Source: Eubacteriales bacterium
Lineage (GTDB): Bacteria > Bacillota > Clostridia > Oscillospirales > CAG-272
DNA length: 64,000 bases
Reading direction: 5' to 3'
Assembly: GCA_045655185.1 (NCBI GenBank)
Contig: JAZOOS010000012.1
Coordinates: 87,396 to 151,395 of the forward strand
In this document: positions 12,052 to 20,861 of the stretch, piece by piece
How positions within the stretch are numbered: position 1 is the first letter of the stretch
Layout: each line of letters starts with the position of its first letter
Notes under the pieces: model-generated
What the model saw: the letters and a program-made list of their open reading frames with translations, nothing else
Database searches by the model: none
Told to the model about the DNA's origin: nothing
Program-made: the position numbers and the translations under genes

Positions 12052-14235
12052 TTATTTCGCAGGCGAAAGCTTTACGATCGCGTAGCCGACATCGTCGGTC
12101 GAAAGCGTGATCTTGCTGTTTATAATCGTGGTGGTTTCAACCGTCGCGCTATTGCTCTTTTCGATCACGGTGACCGTCATACCGTTCATATAGTCGGGCA
12201 GGGCGATCTCCTTACCGTCAAGGATCTCCTGGGTGTGAAGCGAAAGGATAATGTCCTCGCCTACCCAGTAGTGGTTTACCGCCAGCATATCTTCATGCGA
12301 AGGGACGGAAGGAATGCGATAAGAGATAAACGAAATGCTGGTTCCGGCCTCGATCAGCCCTTTCTTGCTCGCTTGGTGTGCCAGATTCGGGTATAGCTTC
12401 AAGGAGGAAGCACTGCGACCAAAGGGTTGGGTGGGGTCTCCGGTCAGCTCCATGCGCCGCTCAGGGGTAGCGTCACCGTAAAGCGGATAATATCCAAGGT
12501 TCATCGCTTTGGTTCCGTTGGCATCGGAAAGCTGAAAGTAGGAAGAGGTGGGGACATCGGGGTTCTCGAGATCGTCTTGGTTCCAGGCATAAGTGACGTT
12601 ATTGTCCTTTACGTGCAGGGTAGGCACATTATATTTGGTTGTGCCCGGGATATACAAATAGTCCCCGTCGATGGGGCTGGTCCAAGGATAGGACTGAATG
12701 CCCGAGAGCTGTCCAAACTTAACGGCATTCGGGAAGGTATAATCGGTATAGACAACGCAAGCGCCGTTCTTATGGAAGCGATAGGTAATATCAAAGGTTA
12801 CGTACGCGTCCTCAATCGCTTCATCAAAGTGTGTCAAGTTATTGTTGTAGCTTACATTGTCCATTAAAAACTGCAGCATTGTGGGAAGATAAACCACATC
12901 GTATGTCTCGTGAAAATCAATGAAATCGGCTTGGTAAACGGCGCTGCTGCCAAGATCGACCTCGACCGTTCCGTTTAGAAAGACATGCTGCTGCAGATGG
13001 TTGATCGCCGGAAGGAACTGACAGGAAACGCTTTTTTGCGAGGTGCGAATGCTTGTTTTGTTCGAGGCACCCGATACGTGTGTCAACGTTGAGCCGCTTT
13101 CAATCGCCTTATAAGAAAAGATACCGGTTTCCATCGCATTGTCATCAAAGGGACAGAACCAGGCCATTTTCTCAAAGTCCGTATCGCTGCTGGCGCAGAT
13201 CTTTACTAATACATACTTTTGCGTGCCGCACTTCCAGACGGAGCCGATATCTGCTTCGGTCAGTCCCGTCGTATTGGGGATCGCGGCAATAATGCCGTAG
13301 CCGTGGTTCCCTCCGATATAGGTGTCGTTGATGTAAAGCGGGGTAACATCATCTCCGGAATGCTTGAAGAGGGTACCGCTTTTTACATCGTCGTAGGAAA
13401 TGGAGGAGGGAAGCTCACGGATATCCAGCATATTAAATGCCCAGTTCTTCGAGCTGGATAGGCGCGCGTCAGTTACAAGGTCATACCCCTCCTTCATCCA
13501 TTCCGTGGCGCGGAAGCGGAGGTATGCCCCCTGATTTTTACCGGGCATATAAGCATTGTCCTGCTCGGATCCCGGGGTCTCTTGCTTGACGGTTAAAACC
13601 ATTCCTTCGCCCGAGGATTCGCTCGTCAGCTTACCGTATTGCACATCGTTAAGAAGCACGGTAAGGATCGGCACGCCGCCAACGGCCGCCACACGGCCCG
13701 AGGGCGCAAACTCGATCCAGTTGGGGGAAACGAGATCCTCGGTGTATTGAAGCTTCCCGCCCATTTCGCGCACGTAAAAGATCTTCGGCGCGGCTTCGGT
13801 GCCGCTGAGAATGATCTCGGCGCGGTTAAGCGAAGCGTTTTCTTGGAAGGAAAGCGAGAGAACGCGGTTTTCGGTATCGAAATCAAAGCCAAGGAAGGTA
13901 GCGCCGTTAAACCCTTCGCGCAGGGAAACGGTGGTTACCAGGTTCTGTGTGGTCTTGTCCTGATACTTTACGATCAGCTTTTCGCCGTCATTCGAAAGCG
14001 AGACCGATTTGATCGGGTTTTGAGAGATCTCGATCGGCGCTGTGGTGGTGACGGGAACCGTGGTGGTCACGGGCGCCGTCGTCGAAGGATCGGTGGTGGT
14101 AATAGGTTCTTCGGTCGTTACGGGCGCGGTCGTCGGTGTCATAAGCCCGCCCATAAAGCTGAAATCGCAGGCGGTGAGGCACAAAAGCGCCATCGTGAAG
14201 ATGATCAGTACCAAAAATAAACGGGTAGTTTTCAT
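12052..14235 (-). CDS. Uncharacterised surface lipoprotein, paralog 2 of 3 (727 aa)
   Basis: GAGAGG RBS; lipobox LTAC; shared motifs GAYLRFRATEW, IGGNHGY, WFCPFDD, YRFHKNGA, LSLHT. Confidence 0.85.
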   Translation of the reverse strand: MKTTRLFLVLIIFTMALLCLTACDFSFMGGLMTPTTAPVTTEEPITTTDPSTTAPVTTTVPVTTTAPIEISQNPIKSVSLSNDGEKLIVKYQDKTTQNLVTTVSLREGFNGATFLGFDFDTENRVLSLSFQENASLNRAEIILSGTEAAPKIFYVREMGGKLQYTEDLVSPNWIEFAPSGRVAAVGGVPILTVLLNDVQYGKLTSESSGEGMVLTVKQETPGSEQDNAYMPGKNQGAYLRFRATEWMKEGYDLVTDARLSSSKNWAFNMLDIRELPSSISYDDVKSGTLFKHSGDDVTPLYINDTYIGGNHGYGIIAAIPNTTGLTEADIGSVWKCGTQKYVLVKICASSDTDFEKMAWFCPFDDNAMETGIFSYKAIESGSTLTHVSGASNKTSIRTSQKSVSCQFLPAINHLQQHVFLNGTVEVDLGSSAVYQADFIDFHETYDVVYLPTMLQFLMDNVSYNNNLTHFDEAIEDAYVTFDITYRFHKNGACVVYTDYTFPNAVKFGQLSGIQSYPWTSPIDGDYLYIPGTTKYNVPTLHVKDNNVTYAWNQDDLENPDVPTSSYFQLSDANGTKAMNLGYYPLYGDATPERRMELTGDPTQPFGRSASSLKLYPNLAHQASKKGLIEAGTSISFISYRIPSVPSHEDMLAVNHYWVGEDIILSLHTQEILDGKEIALPDYMNGMTVTVIEKSNSATVETTTIINSKITLSTDDVGYAIVKLSPAK

Positions 14236-14284
14236 AAGACCTCTCTTTATATTATAAATGTTTTCACAATATGAAAAAACGAAT

Positions 14285-16432
14285 TTAAGGCGCGGGCGAA
14301 AGCTTTACGATGGCGTAACCGTTTTCCGTGGTGGAAAAGGTGATCTTTCCATTTTCGATAACGGCCGTTTCAACCGTCATGCTCTCACTCTTTTCGATCA
14401 AGGTGACCGTCATACCGTTCATGTAATCGGGTAGGGCGATCTCCTTGCCGTCAAGCGCCTTCAAGGTGTGAAGCGAAAGCATGATCTCATCGCCTACCCA
14501 ATAGTGGTTCACCGCCAGCATATCCTCGTCGGTCGCGATCGAGGGGGCGCGGTAGCCGATAAGAGAAAAGTGCGTGCCGGCTGCGGTTGGAATGCCCTCG
14601 TTGCTGCGAAGAATAAGGGGATACATTTTTAAAGTGGAATGGCACCAGCCGGCAGAAAGCTTGTGCGCGGGGAAGGAAAGACGAACCTCGGGGCGCGCAT
14701 CACCGTACAGCGGATAAAAGCCGGTATTCATAGCGGTAGCGCCGGTCGGCGAGGTCAACTGAAAATAGGTCGTCGGGGGATAGGTGGGATCGACAAGGTC
14801 AGAGGAGGTCCCCCATTCAATGCTTACGCCGCTATGCTGCTCAATGGGGGTCTTGGCTACCGTTGTTCCCGGTACGTATACGTATTGGGGATTGGCGGTC
14901 ATTTTGCAGGACTGCACGGCGCTGATAGATTGAATCAAGAGATCCTTATGGCAGATATATTCGTTGTAAACGACCATCGCGCCGTTTTTGTGAAAGCGGT
15001 AGGTGACGTCCATTGTCATATACGCTTCTTTAATATCGTCGCTGCAATGGCTTTGGTTGTCGTTATAGCCGACGTTATCCATGAGATAGCGAAGAACAGC
15101 GGGGGTATAAATAATATCGTAGGTTTCATGGAAATCGATAAATTCGCATTCGTAAACGCCGTCCTTCGAAAGGTCGATCTCGATCTTACCGTCAAGATAA
15201 GCGCGCTGGGTCACGTGGTTGGTGGCGTTATAAAACTGGGTCTGTACGCTGTCGGCCGAAGCGGTGATCGCGGAGGTGTGAAGGGCGCCCGAAACGTGGG
15301 TCAGCGTAGACCCCTGCTTGATGGCGATATAGCTGAAAACGCCGCTTTCCATCATTTGGTCATCAAAGGGGCAGAACCAGGCGCTTCCCGTGTGCAGCTT
15401 GACCAGGACGAATTTCTTCGGTCCCATCTGCCAGACAGAGCCGATATCCTCTTCGGTAAGCCCCATCGTGTTGGGAATGGCGGCGATAATATAATAGCCG
15501 TGATTGGCCCCGATGGCGGTACCGTTAAAGTTCGGGGGCTTAATGTCGTCGTCCGAGTATTTGAAGAGCGTGCCGCCGGTTACCGTGTCGGTCGGGGTGT
15601 TGGCCGCGATCTCGTAGTCATTGGTAATATTGAAGTTCAGATTAGCCGAGCCGTGCAGGCGCGCGTCGGTCGCGTAATGATAGCCCGCCCTTTGCCACTC
15701 GGTTGCGCGAAAGCGTAAATACGCGCCGCGCGTAACGGTTGGATTGTATGGGTTTTGCGTCTTGTTGGCTTCGGTTTCCTGCTTAATCGTGAAAACAACG
15801 CCGTTTCCCATAGAAGATATCTCCTGTTTCCCGTATTCGGCAAGCTCCAAAAGCTTCGTAAGGATCGGTGTGCCGCTCACCGAGGACGAGCGGTTGGCAT
15901 CCGCAAAGGCTGCCCAATCGCTTGTCCCGTTCTTGCTGTATTCAAGCTTGCCGTTCATCTCCCGTAGATAAAGGGTGATAGGCCCCTCACCCTCGTTCCC
16001 AAGGATCAGCTCGGCGCGATTTAAGGCGGAAGAGGCTTGATAGGTCAGTGAAACAACGCGGGTGTTGGTATCAAAGTCAAAATCAAGGAGAGAAGCGCTT
16101 CCAAACCCTTCTCGCACCGCTACGTCGGTAAGCAGATTCTGCGTTACGTTGTTCTGATACTTGATGACCAGCTTCGCGCCGTCGGTGGTAAGCGAAACCG
16201 ATTTGATCGGGTTTTGCGAGATTTCAATCGGCGCTGTGGTGGTGACGGGAACCGTGGTTGTCACGGGCGCCGTTGTAGTCGAAGGATCGGTGGTGGTAAC
16301 CGCCCCTTCGGTCGTTACAGGCGCGGTCGTCGGTGTCATAAGCCCACCCATAAAGCTGAAATCGCAGGCGGTGAAGCATAAAAGCAGGATAAGCGTTACG
16401 CCAAGAAAAAACAAAAAGCGAAAGTGCTTCAT
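14285..16432 (-). CDS. Uncharacterised surface lipoprotein, paralog 3 of 3 (~715 aa)
   Basis: ATG (MKHFRF) after AAGGAG; lipobox FTAC; same motif set as paralogs 1 and 2. Confidence 0.85.
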   Translation of the reverse strand: MKHFRFLFFLGVTLILLLCFTACDFSFMGGLMTPTTAPVTTEGAVTTTDPSTTTAPVTTTVPVTTTAPIEISQNPIKSVSLTTDGAKLVIKYQNNVTQNLLTDVAVREGFGSASLLDFDFDTNTRVVSLTYQASSALNRAELILGNEGEGPITLYLREMNGKLEYSKNGTSDWAAFADANRSSSVSGTPILTKLLELAEYGKQEISSMGNGVVFTIKQETEANKTQNPYNPTVTRGAYLRFRATEWQRAGYHYATDARLHGSANLNFNITNDYEIAANTPTDTVTGGTLFKYSDDDIKPPNFNGTAIGANHGYYIIAAIPNTMGLTEEDIGSVWQMGPKKFVLVKLHTGSAWFCPFDDQMMESGVFSYIAIKQGSTLTHVSGALHTSAITASADSVQTQFYNATNHVTQRAYLDGKIEIDLSKDGVYECEFIDFHETYDIIYTPAVLRYLMDNVGYNDNQSHCSDDIKEAYMTMDVTYRFHKNGAMVVYNEYICHKDLLIQSISAVQSCKMTANPQYVYVPGTTVAKTPIEQHSGVSIEWGTSSDLVDPTYPPTTYFQLTSPTGATAMNTGFYPLYGDARPEVRLSFPAHKLSAGWCHSTLKMYPLILRSNEGIPTAAGTHFSLIGYRAPSIATDEDMLAVNHYWVGDEIMLSLHTLKALDGKEIALPDYMNGMTVTLIEKSESMTVETAVIENGKITFSTTENGYAIVKLSPAP

Positions 16433-16585
16433 ACGCAACTCCTTCAAATAATCTCTTAATTTATATTATAGAAGAAAAAACGATGAAAAACAAGAGAGAA
16501 GGTTACGAAAATAAAGTTGTTTTTTGGGCAAAATGATGAAAAAAAGAGCCATAAATACTTCTTTTTGAAAAATTCATAAATTCGC

Positions 16586-16614
16586 TTGACAAACCGCCCT
16601 ATCTTTGCTATAAT
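16586..16614 (+). promoter_or_regulatory. Consensus SigA promoter of tRNA-Thr
   Basis: TTGACA-17 bp-TATAAT with extended -10 TG. Confidence 0.9.
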
Positions 16615-16626
16615 ACCACTGTTAAT

Positions 16627-16702
16627 GCTGGTGTGGCTCAGTCGGTAGAGCAGCTGATTCGTAATCAGCAGGTCGCCGGTTCAAGTCCGGCCACCAGCTC
16701 CA
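16627..16702 (+). tRNA. tRNA-Thr (anticodon CGT)
   Basis: Acceptor GCTGGTG/CACCAGC, D-arm GCTCAGTCGGTAGAGC, anticodon arm GCTGA-TTCGTAA-TCAGC, T-loop GGTTCAAGTCC, encoded CCA. Confidence 0.97.
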
Positions 16703-16705
16703 TAT

Positions 16706-16742
16706 AAAAACCCCTTTTGTCCATCAGGCAAAAGGGGTTTTT
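16706..16742 (+). terminator. tRNA-Thr terminator
   Basis: AAAAACCCCTTTTG...CAAAAGGGGTTTTT. Confidence 0.85.
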
Positions 16743-16745
16743 ACA

Positions 16746-16858
16746 ATGAAGCCATTTTGTGGTGCATGAAGAATGAAGCAGGGCTTTGCCCTATGAAGCG
16801 TGCCTGCGGCACACGGAGTAAGAAAGTGCGTGTTTGCGAAGCAAACGCCTCTTTCTTC
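16746..16858. repeat. Micro-array of ATGAAG(C) units and short hairpins behind the tRNA-Thr terminator
   Basis: ATGAAG at 16746, 16766, 16773 and 16793; hairpins AGGGC-TTT-GCCCT, GTGCC-TGC-GGCAC and GTTTGC-GAA-GCAAAC. Confidence 0.6.
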
Positions 16859-16905
16859 AACCTGCCGAACAATTTCTATTTTATCCCAAAACTCTCATAA
16901 TTTAC

Positions 16906-16934
16906 TTGACAAAAGCAGCCCTTCATGGTATCAT
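16906..16934 (+). promoter_or_regulatory. SigA promoter of asnS
   Basis: TTGACA-17 bp-TATCAT with TG extension. Confidence 0.75.
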
Positions 16935-16976
16935 AATAAGATGAACGAATATTAATAGCGGAAAGGTTTTTTAGCG

Positions 16977-18356
16977 ATGGATATAAGAGAATTCTTTGCG
17001 AAAAGAGAAGAGCTTCTGGGGCAGGAGGTCACCCTTTCGGGATGGGTCCGTAATCACCGCAACCAGAAGAAGATGGGCTTCCTTGATTTTTATGACGGAA
17101 CGGCCTTCGACCTTTTGCAGCTGGTTTATTATGCCGACAGCGAGAACAAGGAGATGCTTCTGGCGCTTTCGCACCTGAAGATCGGCTCTTGCGTCACGAT
17201 CACCGGTAAGGCGGTTAAGAACGAAAATAACGGAAGCGTGGAGATCGAGCTTTCGGACCTTACCGTCATCGGTGAATGCGCCGAGGATTATCCCATTCAG
17301 CCTAAGCGTCACTCGTTGGAATTCCTGCGCGAAAACGCGTATCTTCGCCCCCGCACCCGCCTTTTCCAAGCGGTGTTCCGTGTGCGTAGCGTCGCTTCCA
17401 TGGCGATCCACGAGTATTTCCAAAGCCGTGGGTATCTGTACGTGCACACCCCCCTCTTTACCGCGAACGACGCCGAGGGGGCGGGCAACACCTTCACGGT
17501 CACGACCTTTGACCCGACCGATGGGAAAAAGCATAAGTTTGAAGACGATTTCTTCGGTAAGCACGCCTCTCTTGCCGTAACCGGTCAGCTGGAGGCGGAA
17601 ACCTTTGCGCTTGCTTTCAGCAAGGTATACACCTTCGGCCCCACCTTCCGCGCCGAAAACTCCAACACCCGTACGCACGCCTCCGAATTCTGGATGATCG
17701 AGCCCGAGATCGCCTTTACCGATCTTTTCGGTCTGATGGATATCGAAGAGGACTTCTTGAAGAATATCCTTCAAACCATCTTAGAGCGTTGCGACAGCGA
17801 GCTTGCCTTCCTTGAAAAATACAACAACCTGCCGCTGCGTGAGCGGATGAAGGCCTTGATCGATTCCAAGGTCGCCCGCGTTTCCTTCCATGACGCGATC
17901 ACCATCTTAAAGGAAGCCGACGCCACCGAGAACTTTGAGTTCAAGCCCTCCTACGACGAGGATCTTGCGAAAGAGCACGAGAAGTATCTCACCGAAAAGA
18001 AATTCGGCGCCCCCGTCTTTATCTACGACTGGCCGAAGGAATTTAAGGCCTTTTATATGTATCAAAACGACGATGGGAAGACGGTTGCGGCGGTTGACCT
18101 GCTCGTTCCCAATGCGGGTGAGCTGATGGGCGGCAGCCAGCGCGAAACGCGCTACGATCGCCTCATCGGTCGTATGGATGAGCTTGGGATCTCCTCCGAG
18201 GCCATGTACTGGTACTGCAATCTCCGCAAATACGGCGGCTGCACGCACGCGGGTTTCGGTATGGGCTTTGAGCGCCTGCTTATCTACGTAACGGGTATGG
18301 AAAATATCCGCGACGTCATTCCTTACCACAGAACCCCCGGTGCTTGCGATTTTTAA
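16977..18356 (+). CDS. asnS: Asparagine--tRNA ligase
   Basis: OB-fold N-terminus (GWVRNHR), FGPTFRAENSNTRTHASEFWMIEPE, GFGMGFERL. Confidence 0.97.
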   Translation: MDIREFFAKREELLGQEVTLSGWVRNHRNQKKMGFLDFYDGTAFDLLQLVYYADSENKEMLLALSHLKIGSCVTITGKAVKNENNGSVEIELSDLTVIGECAEDYPIQPKRHSLEFLRENAYLRPRTRLFQAVFRVRSVASMAIHEYFQSRGYLYVHTPLFTANDAEGAGNTFTVTTFDPTDGKKHKFEDDFFGKHASLAVTGQLEAETFALAFSKVYTFGPTFRAENSNTRTHASEFWMIEPEIAFTDLFGLMDIEEDFLKNILQTILERCDSELAFLEKYNNLPLRERMKALIDSKVARVSFHDAITILKEADATENFEFKPSYDEDLAKEHEKYLTEKKFGAPVFIYDWPKEFKAFYMYQNDDGKTVAAVDLLVPNAGELMGGSQRETRYDRLIGRMDELGISSEAMYWYCNLRKYGGCTHAGFGMGFERLLIYVTGMENIRDVIPYHRTPGACDF

Positions 18357-18397
18357 GCATAAATTGTAAAATAAACTATACAGAAAGGAAAAAGGCC

Positions 18398-19405
18398 ATG
18401 AACCGTTGTGTGATCCCCGAGGGGTATCGTTCGCGCCTTAACGCGTACGAAACGCAGCTTGCGATCTCTCTCATTAAGAAGACCTTCCAGCACGAGTTCG
18501 CCGCCGCTTTGAACCTGAAGCGTGTATCCGCCCCCTTGTTCGTTACGAAGGAATCGGGGCTTAACGATAATTTAAGCGGAAAAGAAAGGCCGGTTTCCTT
18601 TGATATCCCCGCCGCCTCGGCGGATGCGGAGGTCGTGCATTCGCTCGCTAAATGGAAGCGGCTTGCCCTGCTTCGCTACGGCTTCGCGGTGGGCGAGGGG
18701 ATCTATACCGATATGAACGCCATCCGGCGCGACGAGACGCTTGATAACATTCATTCGATCTACGTCGACCAATGGGACTGGGAAAAGGTCATCACCGAGG
18801 CGACGAGAAATCTTTCTTATTTGAAGGCGACTGTTACCTCGATCGTGGGGGCGATCTGCGATACGCTTGACCGTGTAAAGGCCGCCTTCCCGCAGCTGGA
18901 AACCTCGCTTTCGCGTGAGGTATCCTTCATCACCTCGCAAGAGCTGGAGGACCTGTATCCTACGCTTACCCCCTCTGAAAGAGAGCAACGCTATGTCGCC
19001 GAGAAGAAGACCGTCTTTATTATGCAGATCGGCGCCCCGCTTCGTTCGGGAAAGCCGCACGACGGTCGCGCGCCCGACTACGACGACTGGTCGATGAACG
19101 GTGACCTCTTCTTCTGGGATGAGGTTCTGTCGCGCGCGCTTGAGATCTCTTCCATGGGGATCCGTGTTGATAGCGCGTCGCTTGATTATCAGCTGACCTT
19201 TGCAGGCTGTGACGATCGCCGTTCTCTTACCTTCCACAAAATGCTTCTTAACGGCGAGCTTCCGCTGACGATCGGCGGAGGTATCGGCCAATCCCGCCTT
19301 TGCATGCTGATGATGGGCTGCGCCCACGTCGGTGAGGTACAAGCGAGCGTGTGGGATGAAGAAACGCAGCGCATTTGCGCCGAGTGCGGGGTAAGCTTAC
19401 TGTAA
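18398..19405 (+). CDS. asnA: Aspartate--ammonia ligase
   Basis: VHSLAKWKR, HSIYVDQWDWE, HDGRAPDYDDW, TIGGGIGQSRL. Confidence 0.97.
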   Translation: MNRCVIPEGYRSRLNAYETQLAISLIKKTFQHEFAAALNLKRVSAPLFVTKESGLNDNLSGKERPVSFDIPAASADAEVVHSLAKWKRLALLRYGFAVGEGIYTDMNAIRRDETLDNIHSIYVDQWDWEKVITEATRNLSYLKATVTSIVGAICDTLDRVKAAFPQLETSLSREVSFITSQELEDLYPTLTPSEREQRYVAEKKTVFIMQIGAPLRSGKPHDGRAPDYDDWSMNGDLFFWDEVLSRALEISSMGIRVDSASLDYQLTFAGCDDRRSLTFHKMLLNGELPLTIGGGIGQSRLCMLMMGCAHVGEVQASVWDEETQRICAECGVSLL

Positions 19406-20271
19406 TGGAGCTTACGAATCTTTCCACCATCCGCGCGCTGATGGCCGAGGCGGGCGTCGAGTTTCGTAAGGAATTCGGGCAGAATTTTCTGATCAATCCC
19501 TTGATCCCTGAGCGGATCGCCGAGGCGGCATCGCCCGATGAGGAGGCGGTCATCTTAGAGATCGGTCCCGGCATCGGCACCTTAACGCAAGAGCTGTGCT
19601 GCCGTTACGCGAAGGTGATCGCGATCGAGATCGACGGCGGTCTTATCCCGATCCTACATAAAACCATGGCCGAGTTCGATAACTTCGTCCTTATCCACGG
19701 GGATTGTATGAAGCTCGATTTATCCGCTATTCTTTCTGAGCATGCGGCGGGAAAAAGAGTTTCTGTCTGCGCCAATCTGCCGTATTATATCACGACCCCC
19801 ATTCTGATGCGTCTTTTGGAAAACGAGCTGCCGCTTGATTCGATCACGGTTATGATCCAAAGCGAGGTGGCCGACCGTCTAACGGCTGTCCCCGGCAGCG
19901 CCGAATACGGCGCCATCACCGCAACGCTCGGTTACTACGGGGAAACAAAGCGACTCTTTACCGTATCGGCCGGCAACTTTTTGCCGGCCCCGAAGGTAAA
20001 TTCGGCTGTTGTGCAAACAAAACTATACAAAGAGAAACCCTTTGCGCCGCTGTCCGAGGCCTGCTTCCACCGCACGGTCAAGGCTGCCTTTGCGCAACGC
20101 CGCAAGACGCTGGTCAATGCGCTTTCGTCCGGCTTTTCGGGTATCGACAAAGCGACCCTTACGGGAATTCTGGCCGATCTTGGGCATAGCCCCACAGTAC
20201 GGGGCGAGCGCCTTTCCACAGGGGAATTCGTCGCGCTTTCCGACGCCCTTTACCAACACCTTTCCAAGTGA
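19405..20271 (+). CDS. rsmA: 16S rRNA m6(2)A dimethyltransferase
   Basis: GQNFL, EIGPGIG, ANLPYYIT, FAQRRKTL; TAATG overlap with asnA. Confidence 0.96.
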   Translation: MELTNLSTIRALMAEAGVEFRKEFGQNFLINPLIPERIAEAASPDEEAVILEIGPGIGTLTQELCCRYAKVIAIEIDGGLIPILHKTMAEFDNFVLIHGDCMKLDLSAILSEHAAGKRVSVCANLPYYITTPILMRLLENELPLDSITVMIQSEVADRLTAVPGSAEYGAITATLGYYGETKRLFTVSAGNFLPAPKVNSAVVQTKLYKEKPFAPLSEACFHRTVKAAFAQRRKTLVNALSSGFSGIDKATLTGILADLGHSPTVRGERLSTGEFVALSDALYQHLSK

Positions 20272-20278
20272 ATAAAAG

Positions 20279-20306
20279 AAAAAAGAGCCCGTTGGGCTCT
20301 TTTTTC
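20279..20306. terminator. Bidirectional terminator between rsmA and khpA
   Basis: AAAAAAGAGCCC-GTT-GGGCTCTTTTTT. Confidence 0.8.
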
Positions 20307-20540
20307 TCATTTGATTTCGACCGTTACATGCTTGCCGCAGGTATTGGCGGCGGCCTTCATCACACAGCGGATGGCCTTGGCGATCTTGCCGTGGTGGCCG
20401 ATGACCATACCGGTATCGTCCTCGGCAACCGAAAGCACCAAGGTAACATCGTCTCCCTCAACCGTTTCGGTAACCGTAACAGCATCGGGCGTATCGACGA
20501 TGGCGCGTGCGATATCGGTCAGGATAGTTTTCAAATCCAT
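20307..20540 (-). CDS. khpA: KH-domain RNA-binding protein KhpA/YlqC
   Basis: 77 aa with DTGMVIGHHGKIAKAIR (GxxG); follows rpsP. Confidence 0.9.
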   Translation of the reverse strand: MDLKTILTDIARAIVDTPDAVTVTETVEGDDVTLVLSVAEDDTGMVIGHHGKIAKAIRCVMKAAANTCGKHVTVEIK

Positions 20541-20555
20541 GGATCTCGCCCTCGA

Positions 20556-20795
20556 TTACTCGGCGGCGTTCTTCTTAAGAAGTGCTTTGACGGTCTCGGT
20601 GGGCTGGGCACCGTTGGCGATCCAAGCGGCGGCCTTTTCCGCGTCGATCTTGATCTCGGCAGGGTTAGCCATGGGGTTGTAGTAACCGATGGATTCGATG
20701 AAGCGGCCATCACGAGGCGAACGCTCGTCAGCCACTACGATGCGGTAGAAAGGGGTCTTCTTGGCGCCCATTCTCTTCAGTCTGATTTTAACCAT
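20556..20795 (-). CDS. rpsP: 30S ribosomal protein S16
   Basis: [30 protein letters not shown]. Confidence 0.98.
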   Translation of the reverse strand: MVKIRLKRMGAKKTPFYRIVVADERSPRDGRFIESIGYYNPMANPAEIKIDAEKAAAWIANGAQPTETVKALLKKNAAE

Positions 20796-20861
20796 TTTCT
20801 TTTCCTCCAAAATTATATAGTTCTGTAATAAAAATCCGAATGAAAACGGAATTTTTTCTTC

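Noticed and set aside
7920-16340. Shufflon or invertible switch using the Thr-rich stalks of the convergent lipoproteins
   Set aside because: Similarity between opposite-strand stalks is short and low-complexity; no recombinase or defined inverted repeat.
9777-16432. Diversity-generating retroelement acting on the paralogs
   Set aside because: No reverse transcriptase and no TR/VR pair with adenine-specific differences was seen.
16935-16976. T-box leader for asnS (or gltX)
   Set aside because: The promoter sits too close to the start codon and no T-box consensus is visible.
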